A stretch of DNA of 63,401 bases, filler included, from Octopus bimaculoides (taxonomy: Eukaryota): the NCBI RefSeq assembly GCF_001194135.2. It is 6 parts of 5 records of this genome, joined end to end, with 100 filler letters (N's around TTAATTAATTAA, not from the genome) between each part and the next. Parts side by side here need not be neighbours in the genome. Positions count along the whole stretch, not along the records: positions 1 to 14,887 come from NC_069002.1; positions 14,988 to 32,641 come from NC_068993.1; 4 more parts are not named here. One strand, written 5' to 3'. The translations under genes and the position numbers were made by a program. This document shows positions 12,501-26,677 of this stretch, one piece after another. Numbering within the stretch: the stretch's first letter is position 1; every line of letters begins with the position of its first letter. The notes beneath the pieces were generated by a model that was given only the letters and a program-made list of their open reading frames with translations, did not search any database and was not told where the DNA came from.

Positions 12501-12530
12501 TGACATAACCATCATCGACATCGTTACCAT
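11950..12530. repeat. Compound trinucleotide tract (ATG/CAT/CCA/CCT)
   Basis: Direct reading; explains the homopolymeric ORFs. Confidence 0.95.
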
Positions 12531-13842
12531 AGTCTTTTACTTCCAAACCTGAAACGTTTCCAGTTAGCAACACTGAAGACTGATCTTTAGGTGTCATTAT
12601 ATTACGTTTCAAGATTGGCAAACGTCAGCACCAAATTAGAAATCCGCAATCATTTTGTGCTGTGTCGATGTTACGTCGGCAAAAGAATTCCATCGTCACT
12701 TCCAACAATTATTCTACACTTACAATGTGTGTGTGTGTGAGACTCTGTGTGTGTGTATGTGTGTGCAGGAAGGATGGGTGGAGGTGTGTATTTTAATGTT
12801 ATTGATTAATGCCTTGAATTCCAAGATAATCTCAAGTCACTCTGATGTCTTGCCAAATATGAATATTTCAAAGTTGCGGAAACGACGATCACTCACACAC
12901 GCGCAAAAATACATACATGCAAGCAAGCAAGCAAGCAGGCATACGTGTGTTGTGTACCGATAGGTACGTACATTTCTAAACATATATTAATACATATATA
13001 TAGATATAATTATATACAATATATAACTATACACACATATATTCATATACTTATATGTACATATATGCATATATGCATATATATATANNNNNNNNNNNNN
13101 NNNNNNNNNNNNNNNNNNNNNNNNNNNNNNNNNNNNNNNNNNNNNNNNNNNNNNNNNNNNNNNNNNNNNNNNNNNNNNNNNNNNNNNNNNNNNNNNNNNN
13201 NNNNNNNNNNNNNNNNNNNNNNNNNNNNNNNNNNNNNNNNNNNNNNNNNNNNNNNNNNNNNNNNNNNNNNNNNNNNNNNNNNNNNNNNNNNNNNNNNNNN
13301 NNNNNNNNNNNNNNNNNNNNNNNNNNNNNNNNNNNNNNNNNNNNNNNNNNNNNNNNNNNNNNNNNNNNNNNNNNNNNNNNNNNNNNNNNNNNNNNNNNNN
13401 NNNNNNNNNNNNNNNNNNNNNNNNNNNNNNNNNNNNNNNNNNNNNNNNNNNNNNNNNNNNNNNNNNNNNNNNNNNNNNNNNNNNNNNNNNNNNNNNNNNN
13501 NNNNNNNNNNNNNNNNNNNNNNNNNNNNNNNNNNNNNNNNNNNNNNNNNNNNNNNNNNNNNNNNNNNNNNNNNNNNNNNNNNNNNNNNNNNNNNNNNNNN
13601 NNNNNNNNNNNNNNNNNNNNNNNNNNNNNNNNNNNNNNNNNNNNNNNNNNNNNNNNNNNNNNNNNNNNNNNNNNNNNNNNNNNNNNNNNNNNNNNNNNNN
13701 NNNNNNNNNNNNNNNNNNNNNNNNNNNNNNNNNNNNNNNNNNNNNNNNNNNNNNNNNNNNNNNNNNNNNNNNNNNNNNNNNNNNNNNNNNNNNNNNNNNN
13801 NNNNNNNNNNNNNNNNNNNNNNNNNNNNNNNNNNNNNNNNNN

Positions 13843-13948
<106 letters not shown>

Positions 13949-14198
13949 AGTCTGTCTATCTATCTATGAATTAATATAAACAGCTAGATACTATATAGTA
14001 CCATAAAGGAGAAAAAAAATGATTGTCACTAAATGTAATTCAGGGTGCTGAAACACTTACATTGCTAGAAATAAGAGTTAAAAGACAGTTCATGCTTTTA
14101 ACTTTATACACCAACAGGGGAGAAAACCTCCCAGTGTGTATATATACATACATACATATATATATATGGGAGAATATACAAATAATAANNNNNNNNNN

Positions 14199-14239
<41 letters not shown>

Positions 14240-14841
14240 AAAATGTCTGTATCAGCTTATCAAGGAATTCTCCTTTGCTTTCAGAACTTTCAGTCGCATG
14301 TCTATCCTGAATGGTGGTGAAGGTCCACATTCAATGCCAGCTTTCTGGTGGCAACACCAGCAGCCAAATCTAGATCCGCCCGCACGGGGACTCTGTGAAC
14401 TGATCCGGAACGCAGTCAGGTCGTATATCTTGGCCCTTTCTGCCGGACACGGCTTTGTAATCATCGTTGCATCTGTCTATCTCACGTCTTACATACAATA
14501 TCCACAGATCATTGAGCAGCGGTCATTATGTCGGTGTTCTGGCACCCGGCGTGAATCATAATGGTAGAGATTATTCTTTTCCAATATTCAGATGACTTCC
14601 AGTCCTCCATGTCAGCTAACTTATTCTCGAACACCACTTTAGTCTTTATGCTGTCCAACTACTTCTAGAATGTAAACACTATTACAACAAAGCCATGGTA
14701 TCCATTGACAACTGTATCGACTGATTCCCCGTTCATTTCTTATTAGCTGAAGATTAAACAAATACCTAATCAAAAGTGAAACACATCAAGCTGTTCTTGA
14801 AATAATAGTTATAGAAAATAAATATATTAAGCCCGATCACC

Positions 14842-14887
<46 letters not shown>

Positions 14888-14931
14888 NNNNNNNNNNNNN
14901 NNNNNNNNNNNNNNNNNNNNNNNNNNNNNNN

Positions 14932-14943
14932 TTAATTAATTAA
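14932..14943. other. Artificial scaffold gap marker TTAATTAATTAA (also 32686-32697, 49723-49734, 58735-58746, 61663-61674)
   Basis: The same 12-mer sits in the centre of 100-base gaps (about 44 N each side) five times and puts stops in all six frames. Assembly spacer, not biology. Confidence 0.95.
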
Positions 14944-15552
14944 NNNNNNNNNNNNNNNNNNNNNNNNNNNNNNNNNNNNNNNNNNNNTATATATATATAT
15001 ATATATATATATATAATGGTTGTGTGAATGTGTGCGTATGTATGTGGCCCGCTGCAAATGCATTTCTGCACATGCACACGTGTGTATATGAATATTTGAA
15101 GAGGACATATTTTACAGAATTCCACTGAGCATAGATTTCTATTTGTACTTATATGTGCCTATATAAATGTGAATATATGCATGTTTTACATATGAAAGTG
15201 TAACACATACATGTGTATGTGTGCGTGTATGAATACGTAAATAACCATTATTGACGCACGAACTTAGAAATACACACACCTCTATATAACGACAGAAACA
15301 TATACGTTGAAACAATACATAATCGTGTAAATACTGATACATTCTCATATATAATGAGATATTGTGACTGTTTTACATTCTAAAATATTTGTTTATTGGA
15401 ACTAAATATGCTGTTCATTTTTTTTTTGCATTAATATACATTGTTTTTTATCAGTCTTTCTTCGTATAGATGCATCAGATGTGCTTATTGACTGCGTCCG
15501 TACGTATATATACCTATCGCGAAACAGTATCTATGTATATATGTCTAGGTAG

Positions 15553-15588
<36 letters not shown>

Positions 15589-15675
15589 AGGCACACACAT
15601 ATGTATATATAAATGTGTGTGTGAATGTATGTGTATATGTATATACATATATATCAATATATATGCGTGTGTAGC

Positions 15676-15735
<60 letters not shown>

Positions 15736-15913
15736 NNNNNNNNNNNNNNNNNNNNNNNNNNNNNNNNNNNNNNNNNNNNNNNNNNNNNNNNNNNNNNNNN
15801 NNNNNNNNNNNNNNNNNNNNNNNNNNNNNNNNNNNNNNNNNNNNNNNNNNNNNNNNNNNNNNNNNNNNNNNNNNNNNNNNNNNNNNNNNNNNNNNNNNNN
15901 NNNNNNNNNNNNN

Positions 15914-15953
<40 letters not shown>

Positions 15954-16918
15954 TAAATGCATTTTATTTGTACTACACTATACACCAGGCGTATGTACAG
16001 ATACACTTTTGTACTCGCAGTATTACAATCATAAACGCATGCGTAAATCAGTGTGTGCATGCAGCAAGTATTTATGTTTATATCTCCTAATACATGCCTG
16101 GTTTACCATGTGCTTATGTGTATATATGTGCTTATGTTGCGAGCGTGTATATATATATATATATGCGTATGTATAAGTTTAATCATTTTTCGAGTTTCCT
16201 ATAACCTACCTATCAACATAAATACTAATATACAAATATCGACAATTCCTCGTCTGTATACACAATATTGAAACTCTTGTATTTTACCAGTTATTTTTGA
16301 TGTAAGAACATTAAATCCATGAAAAGAGTTCTTGCAATTTAGAGAATGGGAAAAGGTTTTGCATAGCTTTACAATGTGTAAGCCCTAGGGAAACAGTGAC
16401 ATCCCAGAAAAGCAAGTGGAATGTGCGTTTGTTAGCTAATGTTTAAAAAAAAAGCTAATAACCATATATATATTAGGGCAGATATCATCGGAAACGGTTT
16501 AGATGGAATGGCATTAGATTGAAGTGGTGTATCTCTTCAGTGCTATGTAGCACTTAATCCCAAGCTAAAGTCTACACATTACGGCATTGATTTTCGATAA
16601 ATGGTAAGCAAGATCACCGAGTTATATATGGAAATATCAACAGACTTGTTGTTTCTTAAATGTGTCCATTTCAATGTTCTCTATGTTCTGGAGGCATTTT
16701 GGCTTCAGTTTGATCTTCTACCTACATTTAATTATTTTTGTTTTTGCTATTAGGGGTATTTTAGATTCTGTCCCCTAATGGATATGAATATAGTTAGTCG
16801 TACTATGTTTTTATGTAATCTCTACATAAAACTGATCATTCCTGTTCAATTTAAGAAAACACTTTCTAAAATCAACGGTATATGTTATAAGAACATAAAT
16901 ATATCATTCCCTATTATA

Positions 16919-16975
<57 letters not shown>

Positions 16976-17744
16976 CACGAAATGCATGCTTACGTTTATT
17001 GACACACACCTACTTGGGCACATCTACACACACTCACAACTAGGCACGCATGCGCATACGTTCACATATAAATTTGTTTTAATTTAATCACTAACGCATA
17101 AACAAAATTCGAAGTGCTTCATTGTCTATTAGTTTTGTAAATGTCAATTGTTGATTCTAATAGTAAAGTAAAAAGTGATACACACACACTTGCAAACGTA
17201 CATACATATGCACACTCGCACAAGCACACACACACACACACACACATGCATAAAGTAAGAAAGGGTGAAAAAGAGAGAGAAAGAGATACAGTGATACAAG
17301 CATGGTTATGTGCTTAAGACGTTTGCTTCGTAAACACGCATTTCAGGTTCGATTTCACTACCTTATGTTAATGTCTTCTGGATTAACAGCGAAGTCACCA
17401 GCGCATTATCAAGAAAATTTCGTGGGTGAAAATTTTGAGCAATATACACCCCCATAAACTCCACCTATATATATGATGAAGATGGCCGTCTACTCGTAAC
17501 CAAATTGAACTCTGGAAATATGTTGCCTAGGTGACCATATTCCGATAATTTTCAACAGTGAGTAAAAAGGCCTGACGTCATTAAGCACTTGTTTCGCAAA
17601 TAACTGTGGTGACTGAATACAGAACTGGAAACGATATCCAAGCTGAACGAGTCGTTTTATTCATTTCGGGGCATAGCAATCTGTTTCGCTTCCGCTTCGC
17701 TTAATCTCAACCGGACAGTTAGGAGGACAAGCTGGCTGAATCAT

Positions 17745-17870
17745 TAGGGTATCAGAGAAATACTTTGCGGTATTTGATCCGGGTGTTTATACTCTGAGTT
17801 CAAATAGCACCGACGAAAACTTTCTTTGCACTCTGCCGGAATGTATAAAATGAAAATAGCAGAAGTACTC
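17745..17870 (+). mobile_element. Degenerate SINE family A, 5' part
   Basis: ggacaagctggctgaatcattag...gcggtatttg...ctctgagttcaaat is homologous to the 1196 and 22761 copies. Confidence 0.6.
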
Positions 17871-18699
17871 GCGCGAAAATGGCTTCGGGTAATCCCCTCC
17901 CCTCAAAACCTCTCGCTTTGTGCCAATCTTAGAAACTATTGTCAAAATACAGTTTAATGTGAAATGTCACAAGATTCTGTTGTGCTTCTCTGAGGTCTTC
18001 ATGAAAATAATTCTTCTGTATCCATATTTCTGTGTGGTAATGAACGACGAGAGAGTTTAGCACTTCATAATAGACATTATTATCAAGAAATAAATCTTAA
18101 GTACGAAAGATATTCATATCGCAATTTACCCCGGATATATTTATCAAGATTGGGAGTTCGTAAAGCCATTTGCTCTAAGTTATGTGCAGTAATGTATGGC
18201 TTGCATAAAGCCAAAGCTTCTACACTTTGCTATGTTCATTGTGCAATTGTGTAGTTATGGCCAAACAGATATTTACCAAAGCCATATAAATATCGGAAGA
18301 ACGGCGACATAAAGACAGTATTCGCAACACCACAAACTTGCACATACAAATACATGCACACAAAATTCCACCTAAACACACACACACACAAATGTATATA
18401 CATTGATATTGAGAGCTGCAGTGAAATTTTGTAAAATGACACATTGATATATTTAAGACATGTACATATTGTACAATGCTGCATATTACTAATATAGGTA
18501 AGAGAATAATGAATAGGCAACTCCGTATATATTACCCGTGCCGGTATGTGTGTGTGTTGGGGGAGTGCGTATGTGTATCAAACAGACTCCAAAGAGATTG
18601 GAGTTAGTTTGCGTCACAAGTTAGTAATATCGATATAAAGTGGAAAATGCAGCGTTTTGGAAAGAGTTCATCTTTAGAAAAGACAAAAAGACTGACAGG

Positions 18700-19080
18700 A
18701 GAGCAATTCAAGGCGACAAAATTAGCGAAAGTGAAGGCATTGTTTCACTTGTGTTTGTTTGTTTGTGTGTCCGTGGACAAGATTTCTCAAGAACAGCTGG
18801 ATGGATTCGGATGAAACTTTAAGGGATGTTTCGCCTCGTGAATGGCACGAACCGATTAGATTTTGGGATTGATTCGGTACCAAACAAGGATTCTGGATTA
18901 TTTTCCCTGTTTCTTTACTTAATTTTTGAGAGAAGTCGGGTTCACTTTTTAGTATTCTCATTTGTGAGAGCAGTCGAGTTTATTTCAGATATTCTCATTT
19001 AAAAAATCATCTCCGTCTTATCGTTGAGAGGATGTTGGTGTTGCCTTGGAGGAGTTTTACGCTCTCCGAGTGCTCTTGTT
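18700..19080 (+). mobile_element. Helentron-associated / DINE-1-like non-autonomous element (HINE)
   Basis: Subterminal inverted repeat caaggcgac (18709-18717) / gttgccttg (19040-19048), a (gttt)n microsatellite near the 5' end, the segment ctggatggattcggatgaaactt, a short 3' stem ggag/ctcc and end agtgctcttgtt. This is the known HINE layout. Confidence 0.6.
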
Positions 19081-19158
19081 ACCTTTAATATCATTTCATA
19101 TGTAAACTGTTGAAAGTATCACACTCGAGTTCCTTCTTAATATTATAGAAAACCTTTG

Positions 19159-19368
19159 GGTGGCAGGATGGCAGGATGGCAGAATCGTTAGCATGCTGGG
19201 TGAAATTCTGAGCGACATTTTGTCGTCTTTAAGTTCTAAGATTATATTCCGTCGAGTTGGACTTCATCTTTCATCCCTTTGATAAAACAAGTACCAGTTG
19301 TGTACTGAAATCAATCGGATTAACCTCAAACCCGAAATAGCTGACCTTGTACCAAAATTTGGAGCCAG
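19159..19368 (+). mobile_element. SINE family A
   Basis: ggcagaatcgttagcatgctgggtgaaatt...tttcatccc...aagtaccagttg...gaccttgtaccaaaatttgg. Confidence 0.8.
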
Positions 19369-21474
19369 AATTATACCTTTCGGTTTACGAAGTAGGTAGG
19401 TTGCCTCTAGATACGGTTCGATATTCTAGAAATATAATCTAAACGTCCCTCAATCCACACTTTGTAATCTTAAAAGAATAATTCACAACGATGTACACTT
19501 TACCGACTGATGATCATGGATAGTATCGTAACTGGGGGAGGGGATGAAGGGACTCCCACCCCTGGCAACGGTTTTACGGGGATGTCACTACTGGGTCTAA
19601 TTTAAAAGCTTGTACAGGCTCGGAGGCTCGGAGGCTCGGGGTCCAAGGGCGGCAATCTAAGCCACTTCTCAAGAGAGGAATATGTTTGATCAACTCGATA
19701 AGGGCCAATTTTGAAACAAACAACACGGCATTTTCATGTTTCGATTATTGTCAAATAGAACATTTTTTTTCTCTTTTATTGGCATTTTTCTTTCAAACCC
19801 CAAACTCTTACACTGAAAAAACTTTTTCAGACTCATTTAAAGAACGAATCAACTATTTCCTTAACTTGTATTTTGCCTTCCTTTTATTTCTGGCTTCGCT
19901 AAATACCGTTTAAACGAATGGGTTTCTGCAGCCCACATTAATCTATTTTTAATCATATCATTTGTGAGATAAAGTTTCATAAGAAGATTATCTCTCAAGA
20001 ATTCTTTAAATGAATACAATCAAGATTTGTCTTTAAAACAAGAACTACCACAATAACGCAAACAACAACTAGATTTCGTTTCATTTATTTATTTATTTAA
20101 TTGTGCTCTTTAAACAGAGCAAACTGTTTTGTTTTAACGCTTCTTATGTTCTCTTTCTCTTTCGAGAAATGTCTTCGCGTTTTGTCATGTTTTCTTTATC
20201 AAATAAAATAGATTTCCAAGATAAGAACTGTTGTATCAATTCTAAGTGAACATTTTATATAGACAATACAATAGAGAAACTATGAGTTCTTTGTATTCGC
20301 AATGTGTTTACAAATTTATCTAAGTAAAAGAGACAAATGATGTCGTATATTACATGTTGTTAAACAAATTTGTTTAACATTTAACACATGTATATTATAT
20401 GTTCACAGAGTAAATTTTATCATCATTTCACTATTCATTCATTGTTTTATTTTTCTTCTGAATTTGATTATTAATTTATTTTCTGATAGATTGAGAGCAT
20501 AGTAGTTAAAATGCAGTATTCACCAACAAGTTAAAAAATAGTTGCCTGCAATGTACTAAGTAGAAGATAAGTATTGCAATACAACTTTTTTTCTTAATTG
20601 TGATTGAAGAGAGAAAAGATTTCCATTCTAATATTTTCAGAATTATGTTTATCAGAACACATAAATAAGCTGTCTTAAAAATTAAGGAAACTATCTGGAA
20701 CCTGCGGAAAATTAGACCAATAAATTTGATAATTCGGAGATGAACGAATAAGTGAAACAAACGTGATAAATAGAAACTTCAACAATTTCAGAATGTTGGC
20801 ATTTATCTGATTGTAAGGAAGAGAGAGAAAATGTTGTCGCTTGGCTTAGAAGAAATACAGTAAAGCAAGTAAACGTGTTATCAATATCGGGAAATAGTAA
20901 TTTAACGCCACAGACTATAAATCTACCACCTTAAAGCTGTGCTTGCCTGTAAGCCAAGGCTTATGCCTTGAGTCAAGAATTATATATATATATTGACTTG
21001 GTTTAAGTCTAACTGTCAAGAGTTACATATTCCACTTTGGATTACATCGCTTTATTCTTACTCGGAACCTTGACCCGCTGAAATTCCTTCCCTCAACATC
21101 TTTACTAAACATCCATCAGCGTCCAGGTTATCAAGATGTGCATCAACACAATAGTTTTACCGTGTCTGGAGTCTGAGACTCTTATTGGACAACCTCTCTT
21201 CCAAGTCAAGCCAATTCAAATGAGACATTATTAGCAATCATATAATGGAGTCTCTTCAACTGAGTATCTCATCATCTCAGTAAATTTAAGGCGGGAACAG
21301 AGTGACAAGATATCATTAAAATAACAACAAAAGTGTTAAATCTGTGGTCAGTTGAAATTACTTTTATGCCTAATCGCTGATTAAGACTTGCAGACATTAT
21401 CGTATTAAATCTGAAAACGTTAAAGTTTAAAAGTTTCAGAAATAAATGGTTTATAATGAAGGAGATACACTCAC

Positions 21475-21584
21475 CGGGAATTGCACGGTAGTAAATGTCT
21501 CCATTTGACTGGGTGGTCATCTGGTGTAATGGTGTACTTTCTTTAATATTGTTGGTCATCTTACCTAATGATGTATTGGACAGT
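21475..21584 (-). CDS. Candidate internal exon LSNTSLGKMTNNIKESTPLHQMTTQSNGDIYYRAIP(G), resembling an ephrin-B-type cytoplasmic tail
   Basis: Acceptor ttactttAG (21585-21586; alternative AG at 21565-21566 gives a 90-nt phase 1-1 exon), open frame, canonical donor G|GTGAGT at 21474. QMTTQSNGDIYYR aligns ungapped to ephrin-B EMPPQSPANIYYK. Confidence 0.4.
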
Positions 21585-22299
21585 CTAAAGTAACTTGATA
21601 ATTCAGACTACGTTTGCTCATTAAAACGGTTCTCTCAAAAAATCTTTATAAACATTATTAAGAAATAGTTGTGTTTTTCGTTCATAGGCATTAAGTACCT
21701 CAGGAACGAGGAAACGTAACTTATTCATTATTATTGCTTGTTTGATTTATTTTTAATTAGGTCTAAACCTCGAAATGCATACTTATAATTATATAAGTAA
21801 ACACAAAAACAAGTATGTCGATAAGAGAGACATTAAAAATAAACAGAATGAATATACCTCAGTATGTTCCTGCTATGTAAGCTAAATTGATGCTGTATTC
21901 GCCTACGATTAACATACATTTCGATTCAAATTAACAGCAAGCTTGCATTCTTACTTAATCATACCTCATGATATAGGTCATAAGTTCATCTGTCTGCTGT
22001 CAACACGAACGACAGTATAAGTGACTATTACAAATGTTATTACACGAACAGCTTTTACTCTCCAAACATCCATTTTCTGGGACTTTTGTTTTTCCCAAGA
22101 TAAATATGTTCTGCATATTTTAAATTTTATCTTCCGCGTTTTAAGATACGTAAGGTAGTTAGTTTGCCATTAGAGGTTTTTTCTTTCCATTCTTTTGTAA
22201 GTACAAACGCGGTAAGATGACGTTGGAGGCTAATTTTTATCGCTGGTCGCTTGCAGACTTGATCAGGGCGACCTCCAAAACTAAAAGAAATCTCTCTTT

Positions 22300-22343
<44 letters not shown>

Positions 22344-22425
22344 GTNNNNNNNNNNNNNNNNNNNNNNNNNNNNNNNNNNNNNNNNNNNNNNNNNNNNNNN
22401 NNNNNNNNNNNNNNNNNNNNNNNNN

Positions 22426-22465
<40 letters not shown>

Positions 22466-22760
22466 ATGAAATACACGAGAACAGAACATCTGTTTCACAA
22501 GATGAATAAGCATCTAAGCATTGCGTTTTATGGAATTATGTGGATTAAATATATCCAGCAGTCATTTCGATTATGAATAACAATAGCTAAATATCTCAGT
22601 GCAGTTATACAACTTAATCTAGTTGTTTATACCTTAGAAGAGCATATAAATTATAACATCTGTCACTGTCATTTACTTTACTTAACCTAGAATTATACAT
22701 TCTTTATTGTAGAGACATTACTCCATTGTAGACTAATGTCAATATTATTCAAATATCTTT

Positions 22761-22983
22761 GGGGCGGTGAGCTGGCAAAGTCGTTAACACTCCAGGCAAA
22801 CTGCTTAGCGGCATTTCGCCCGTCTGTATATTCTGAGTTCAAATTCCGCCGAGTTCAGCTTTGCCTTTTATCCTTTCGGGCTCGATAAAATAAATACCAA
22901 TAAAATAAATACCACTGATGTCAATGTCATCGAATTACCCCAGCCCCGAACTTGCTGGCCTCGTGCCAAAATTTGAAACTAAT
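22761..22983 (+). mobile_element. SINE family A, near full length
   Basis: ggggcggtgagctggcaaagtcgtt...ctgagttcaaattccgccgag...gctggcctcgtgccaaaatttgaaact. Confidence 0.9.
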
Positions 22984-24189
22984 ATCATCCATATCTATCT
23001 TGACAAGATGCAAGGTAATTTGTTTAATGCTAAGTTTTTGGTGCAAGGCAACGCCTTTAGTACTTCGTTTCTTCAGAGATTCTGCTATTGGTGAAAAGAA
23101 AGAAAACACTTATGGGGAATTTGTAGAGCTTTGGACCAAATGTTAATCATAGAATGAACACTTGCTAAAGACACTTAATGACGATATGGTATTAACTTGG
23201 ATGACGGATTAAATGTAACTCTAATGACCTCAGGGTCAAGGAAATATCCGAATGCATCTTAAAGAAATTCTAACAACTTTGAAGAGAGGTGAGATAATGG
23301 CAATGAAGTCAACCGCAATATATTACTGATATTTTTTTGAGCAAACCTGGTCGAAGCAAAACACTAGCAAGAGTTAAACTCAGAATGTTTGAAAACTAAA
23401 AATGCAATATTCTAATGCCATCAGCATTCATTGTATGTTTTCTCTATTGCTTTCTGTGTACTTCGCTAAATTCTTGCCATGATCCTTCCTGTTGTAATAA
23501 GTATGTTTCATTGACAGCAAGCTGAATAAAATATGAAAGAAATTCAACTGGTATTTGCAACATGTGATCACTTTAGACACACAACCTTCATAGTCTGACA
23601 GTTTATTTATCAGCAAGTGGTGGTGACACACACAAAGACCAAACTACAACAAGAGGAGCATATCAAATATTTAAAGTGGAAACAATGACATAAAGGAACA
23701 GTCTGCTGTCTAGAGGAATAACATCGAAGGAAAAAAACTTTCCATGCAAGACCTCTAATATACATATATATATATATATATAAACAGAATGACATAAAAA
23801 ATCGAAGGCTGTGAAATATTTCAGAACATTTATAAAGAGAAGGTCTTACAGCTGTATCCGAGATATTTTATATATCCTATTATCAGAGACGGTACGAGAA
23901 AATGGTTAAGCAATAGTTATTCCAGAGAAGATATGAAATACAGAGTGAAGCGGAGGAATAAAAAGGTAGATACACGTACGTATATAGACAGGTATTTTTA
24001 TCGATATATTTGTATTTATACGCACACGCACACAAATGCAGTCACACACAAATACACGCACATATACATAAATAGGTAGATAGACAGATATATGCATAAC
24101 TATTCATACATACATGCGTATATATATATATATGTATATGCATATATGCATTTTTGTACATACATATGAAACATATGAACGTATATATA

Positions 24190-24249
<60 letters not shown>

Positions 24250-26677
24250 TTAGATAAGTGCTTCAGTTGACTCTGTATCTAAAATGAAAACTAAATATAT
24301 TTGGAATTAGAAAATATTGAAATCAATTTAAACTGTACACTGAAGTGTTTTATTTTTCCACACGATTATTTTTCAACGTGCCAATCAGGGAGTCGATGCT
24401 TTGCTGCTTGCTAGAAATAGCAGCCAAATCACAACCTATAGTTTAAAAAAATGGATGTAACAATAAGAAATACTAGTAGTACAAAGTGGGAAAATAAATT
24501 GGATCTCGGCTCTCTGCAGCACAATGTTAGGAACGTATCATCGTCATCATTGTCATCGCCGTCAGCGTTGCCACCATCTTTATCATGACCATCATTATGC
24601 TTGTAGAGATGGTGGTGAGGTGGTGTAATAGTGACTGCGATGTTCATATATTAATAGGAGCAACAGTAGTAGTAGTAGTAGTAGTGATGGCGACGTAAGT
24701 AATATTTATGATGACGACGATGATGATGATGATGATGATTTATTTCAATAAAACTAAACATCAAAACTATCAGAACCATTTTAATGGGAACTATATACAG
24801 TTCCTTGTTTGCTCACGGTGTGTGTGAAGTGAAATTTATTGCAAATGCGCGGTGTTACACATGAGATTTTACTGAAAGTGTAATATTATGCAGAAACATT
24901 TCAACTACAGTAGCAAAGTAAGAGTTGATAGAAAACACCCACTTGAGACTTCTAGTTCTCTTACATTTATTCATTTCATCTATTGAGATTTATTCCGTGT
25001 TGCAGATCAACTAATATAGCTAACATATTGTAAGTTTTATCTCCACCACATTAACCAAACATTAAGCACACTAGTTTAAACCAGAGAATATTTATATAAA
25101 GTGTATTTTAGAAACCGGAATTTAAAAGTCACTTGCTTGAAGATTTGGTAAACATAGTTGCTTAAGAGGCAGTACTAAGTTATATTTTTAATCAATAAGT
25201 AATAAATAAACTTGTGCTCCACACTGGTTATAGTTATTAACCAATGAAAAAGCTTCCCTGCGGTCGCCCGATCTGTCAGAAATAACAAATAAACGTCCTT
25301 TAAACCACAGCCTAGAGTCTTAAAAACGACATTGTGTAATATGTAATCCTGAATCCCTTAAACGTTTGATAATATACGGAATAGACGCAGATGGAGTTAT
25401 TTCATCACAGGTCTGCGTCATCTACCTATACCTAAACAACATCATCATCATCATTATTACCATTGTCGTCATCATCGTCGTTGTGTCGTTGTTGTTGTCG
25501 CTATCATCATGATCACGATCATCATCATCATAAATATCATTGTTATTGTTATTTATTATCGTTATTTTTCCTTCTTTTCGAGATAAATCCACCCGCACAC
25601 ACGTACAGACACACACACACACGTACAGACACACACACACACTCTCTCTCTCCCTCTCTNNNNNNNNNNNNNNNNNNNNNNNNNNNNNNNNNNNNNNNNN
25701 NNNNNNNNNNNNNNNNNNNNNNNNNNNNNNNNNNNNNNNNNNNNNNNNNNNNNNNNNNNNNNNNNNNNNNNNNNNNNNNNNNNNNNNNNNNNNNNNNNNN
25801 NNNNNNNNNNNNNNNNNNNNNNNNNNNNNNNNNNNNNNNNNNNNNNNNNNNNNNNNNNNNNNNNNNNNNNNNNNNNNNNNNNNNNNNNNNNNNNNNNNNN
25901 NNNNNNNNNNNNNNNNNNNNNNNNNNNNNNNNNNNNNNNNNNNNNNNNNNNNNNNNNNNNNNNNNNNNNNNNNNNNNNNNNNNNNNNNNNNNNNNNNNNN
26001 NNNNNNNNNNNNNNNNNNNNNNNNNNNNNNNNNNNNNNNNNNNNNNNNNNNNNNNNNNNNNNNNNNNATATATATTATATTTGTACCTGTGAGGGAATAT
26101 TAGAATACTGATATATATTCGAAATTGCTGCAAAAAGAAAAAAAATAATTATGCCATGTTTGTACCAAGGACAAAATGATTAAGTAGTGGAGTATCTTTG
26201 TGCAGAGAGCAAATGGTGCAATGTTGGTTCCACTCTGCTTGAGAGAATATGGCGAATTTGTTATACCTTTGAACCAGAAAGAAAATGGCTCAATACTGTA
26301 AGGAATGTTTATAAGCAAGAATAACTTGAGAACAAATACTCCGATCTTTTCTAATTGTTTTCGGTGTCTGTGCGGTTGCGAGAAAATATCGACCCAACAT
26401 TTTGTCATCCAGAACGTGACAGCTGGAGGCAGTTAGAACTGTGCTTTGGCCATTATATATTATATTGTCCAGTGTGAGCAGTGGCTACGATCTGCTGATT
26501 AGAGAGATCCAGCACTCTAACTCTAAGCAAATGTAATAAATTTGATGCATATTTATATCATTGTAGTGATCGTAAAAGCTACAGCGCACAAAATGAGATG
26601 GATATATAATAATGCTAGTCATTGTTCTTGATATAACAGAAAATCTCACTTGAAATTACACACCAATGTCGCTAAAA

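Noticed and set aside
14240-14760. GC-richer segment with ORFs on both strands; faint RTE endonuclease-like or mariner-like peptides on the minus strand
   Set aside because: No motif could be aligned convincingly by eye; needs TBLASTX. Not called.
14932-14943. Recurrent TTAATTAATTAA motif (5 copies)
   Set aside because: Always centred in 100-base N gaps; an assembly spacer.
23200-23760. Possible decayed mariner transposase and TIR
   Set aside because: Only vague similarity; no WVPHEL or YSPDL motif recoverable.
26150-26300. CHVC...WCNVG resembling a piggyBac C-terminal Cys-rich domain
   Set aside because: Needs frameshifts, and no DDD core or TTAA-flanked TIR was found.
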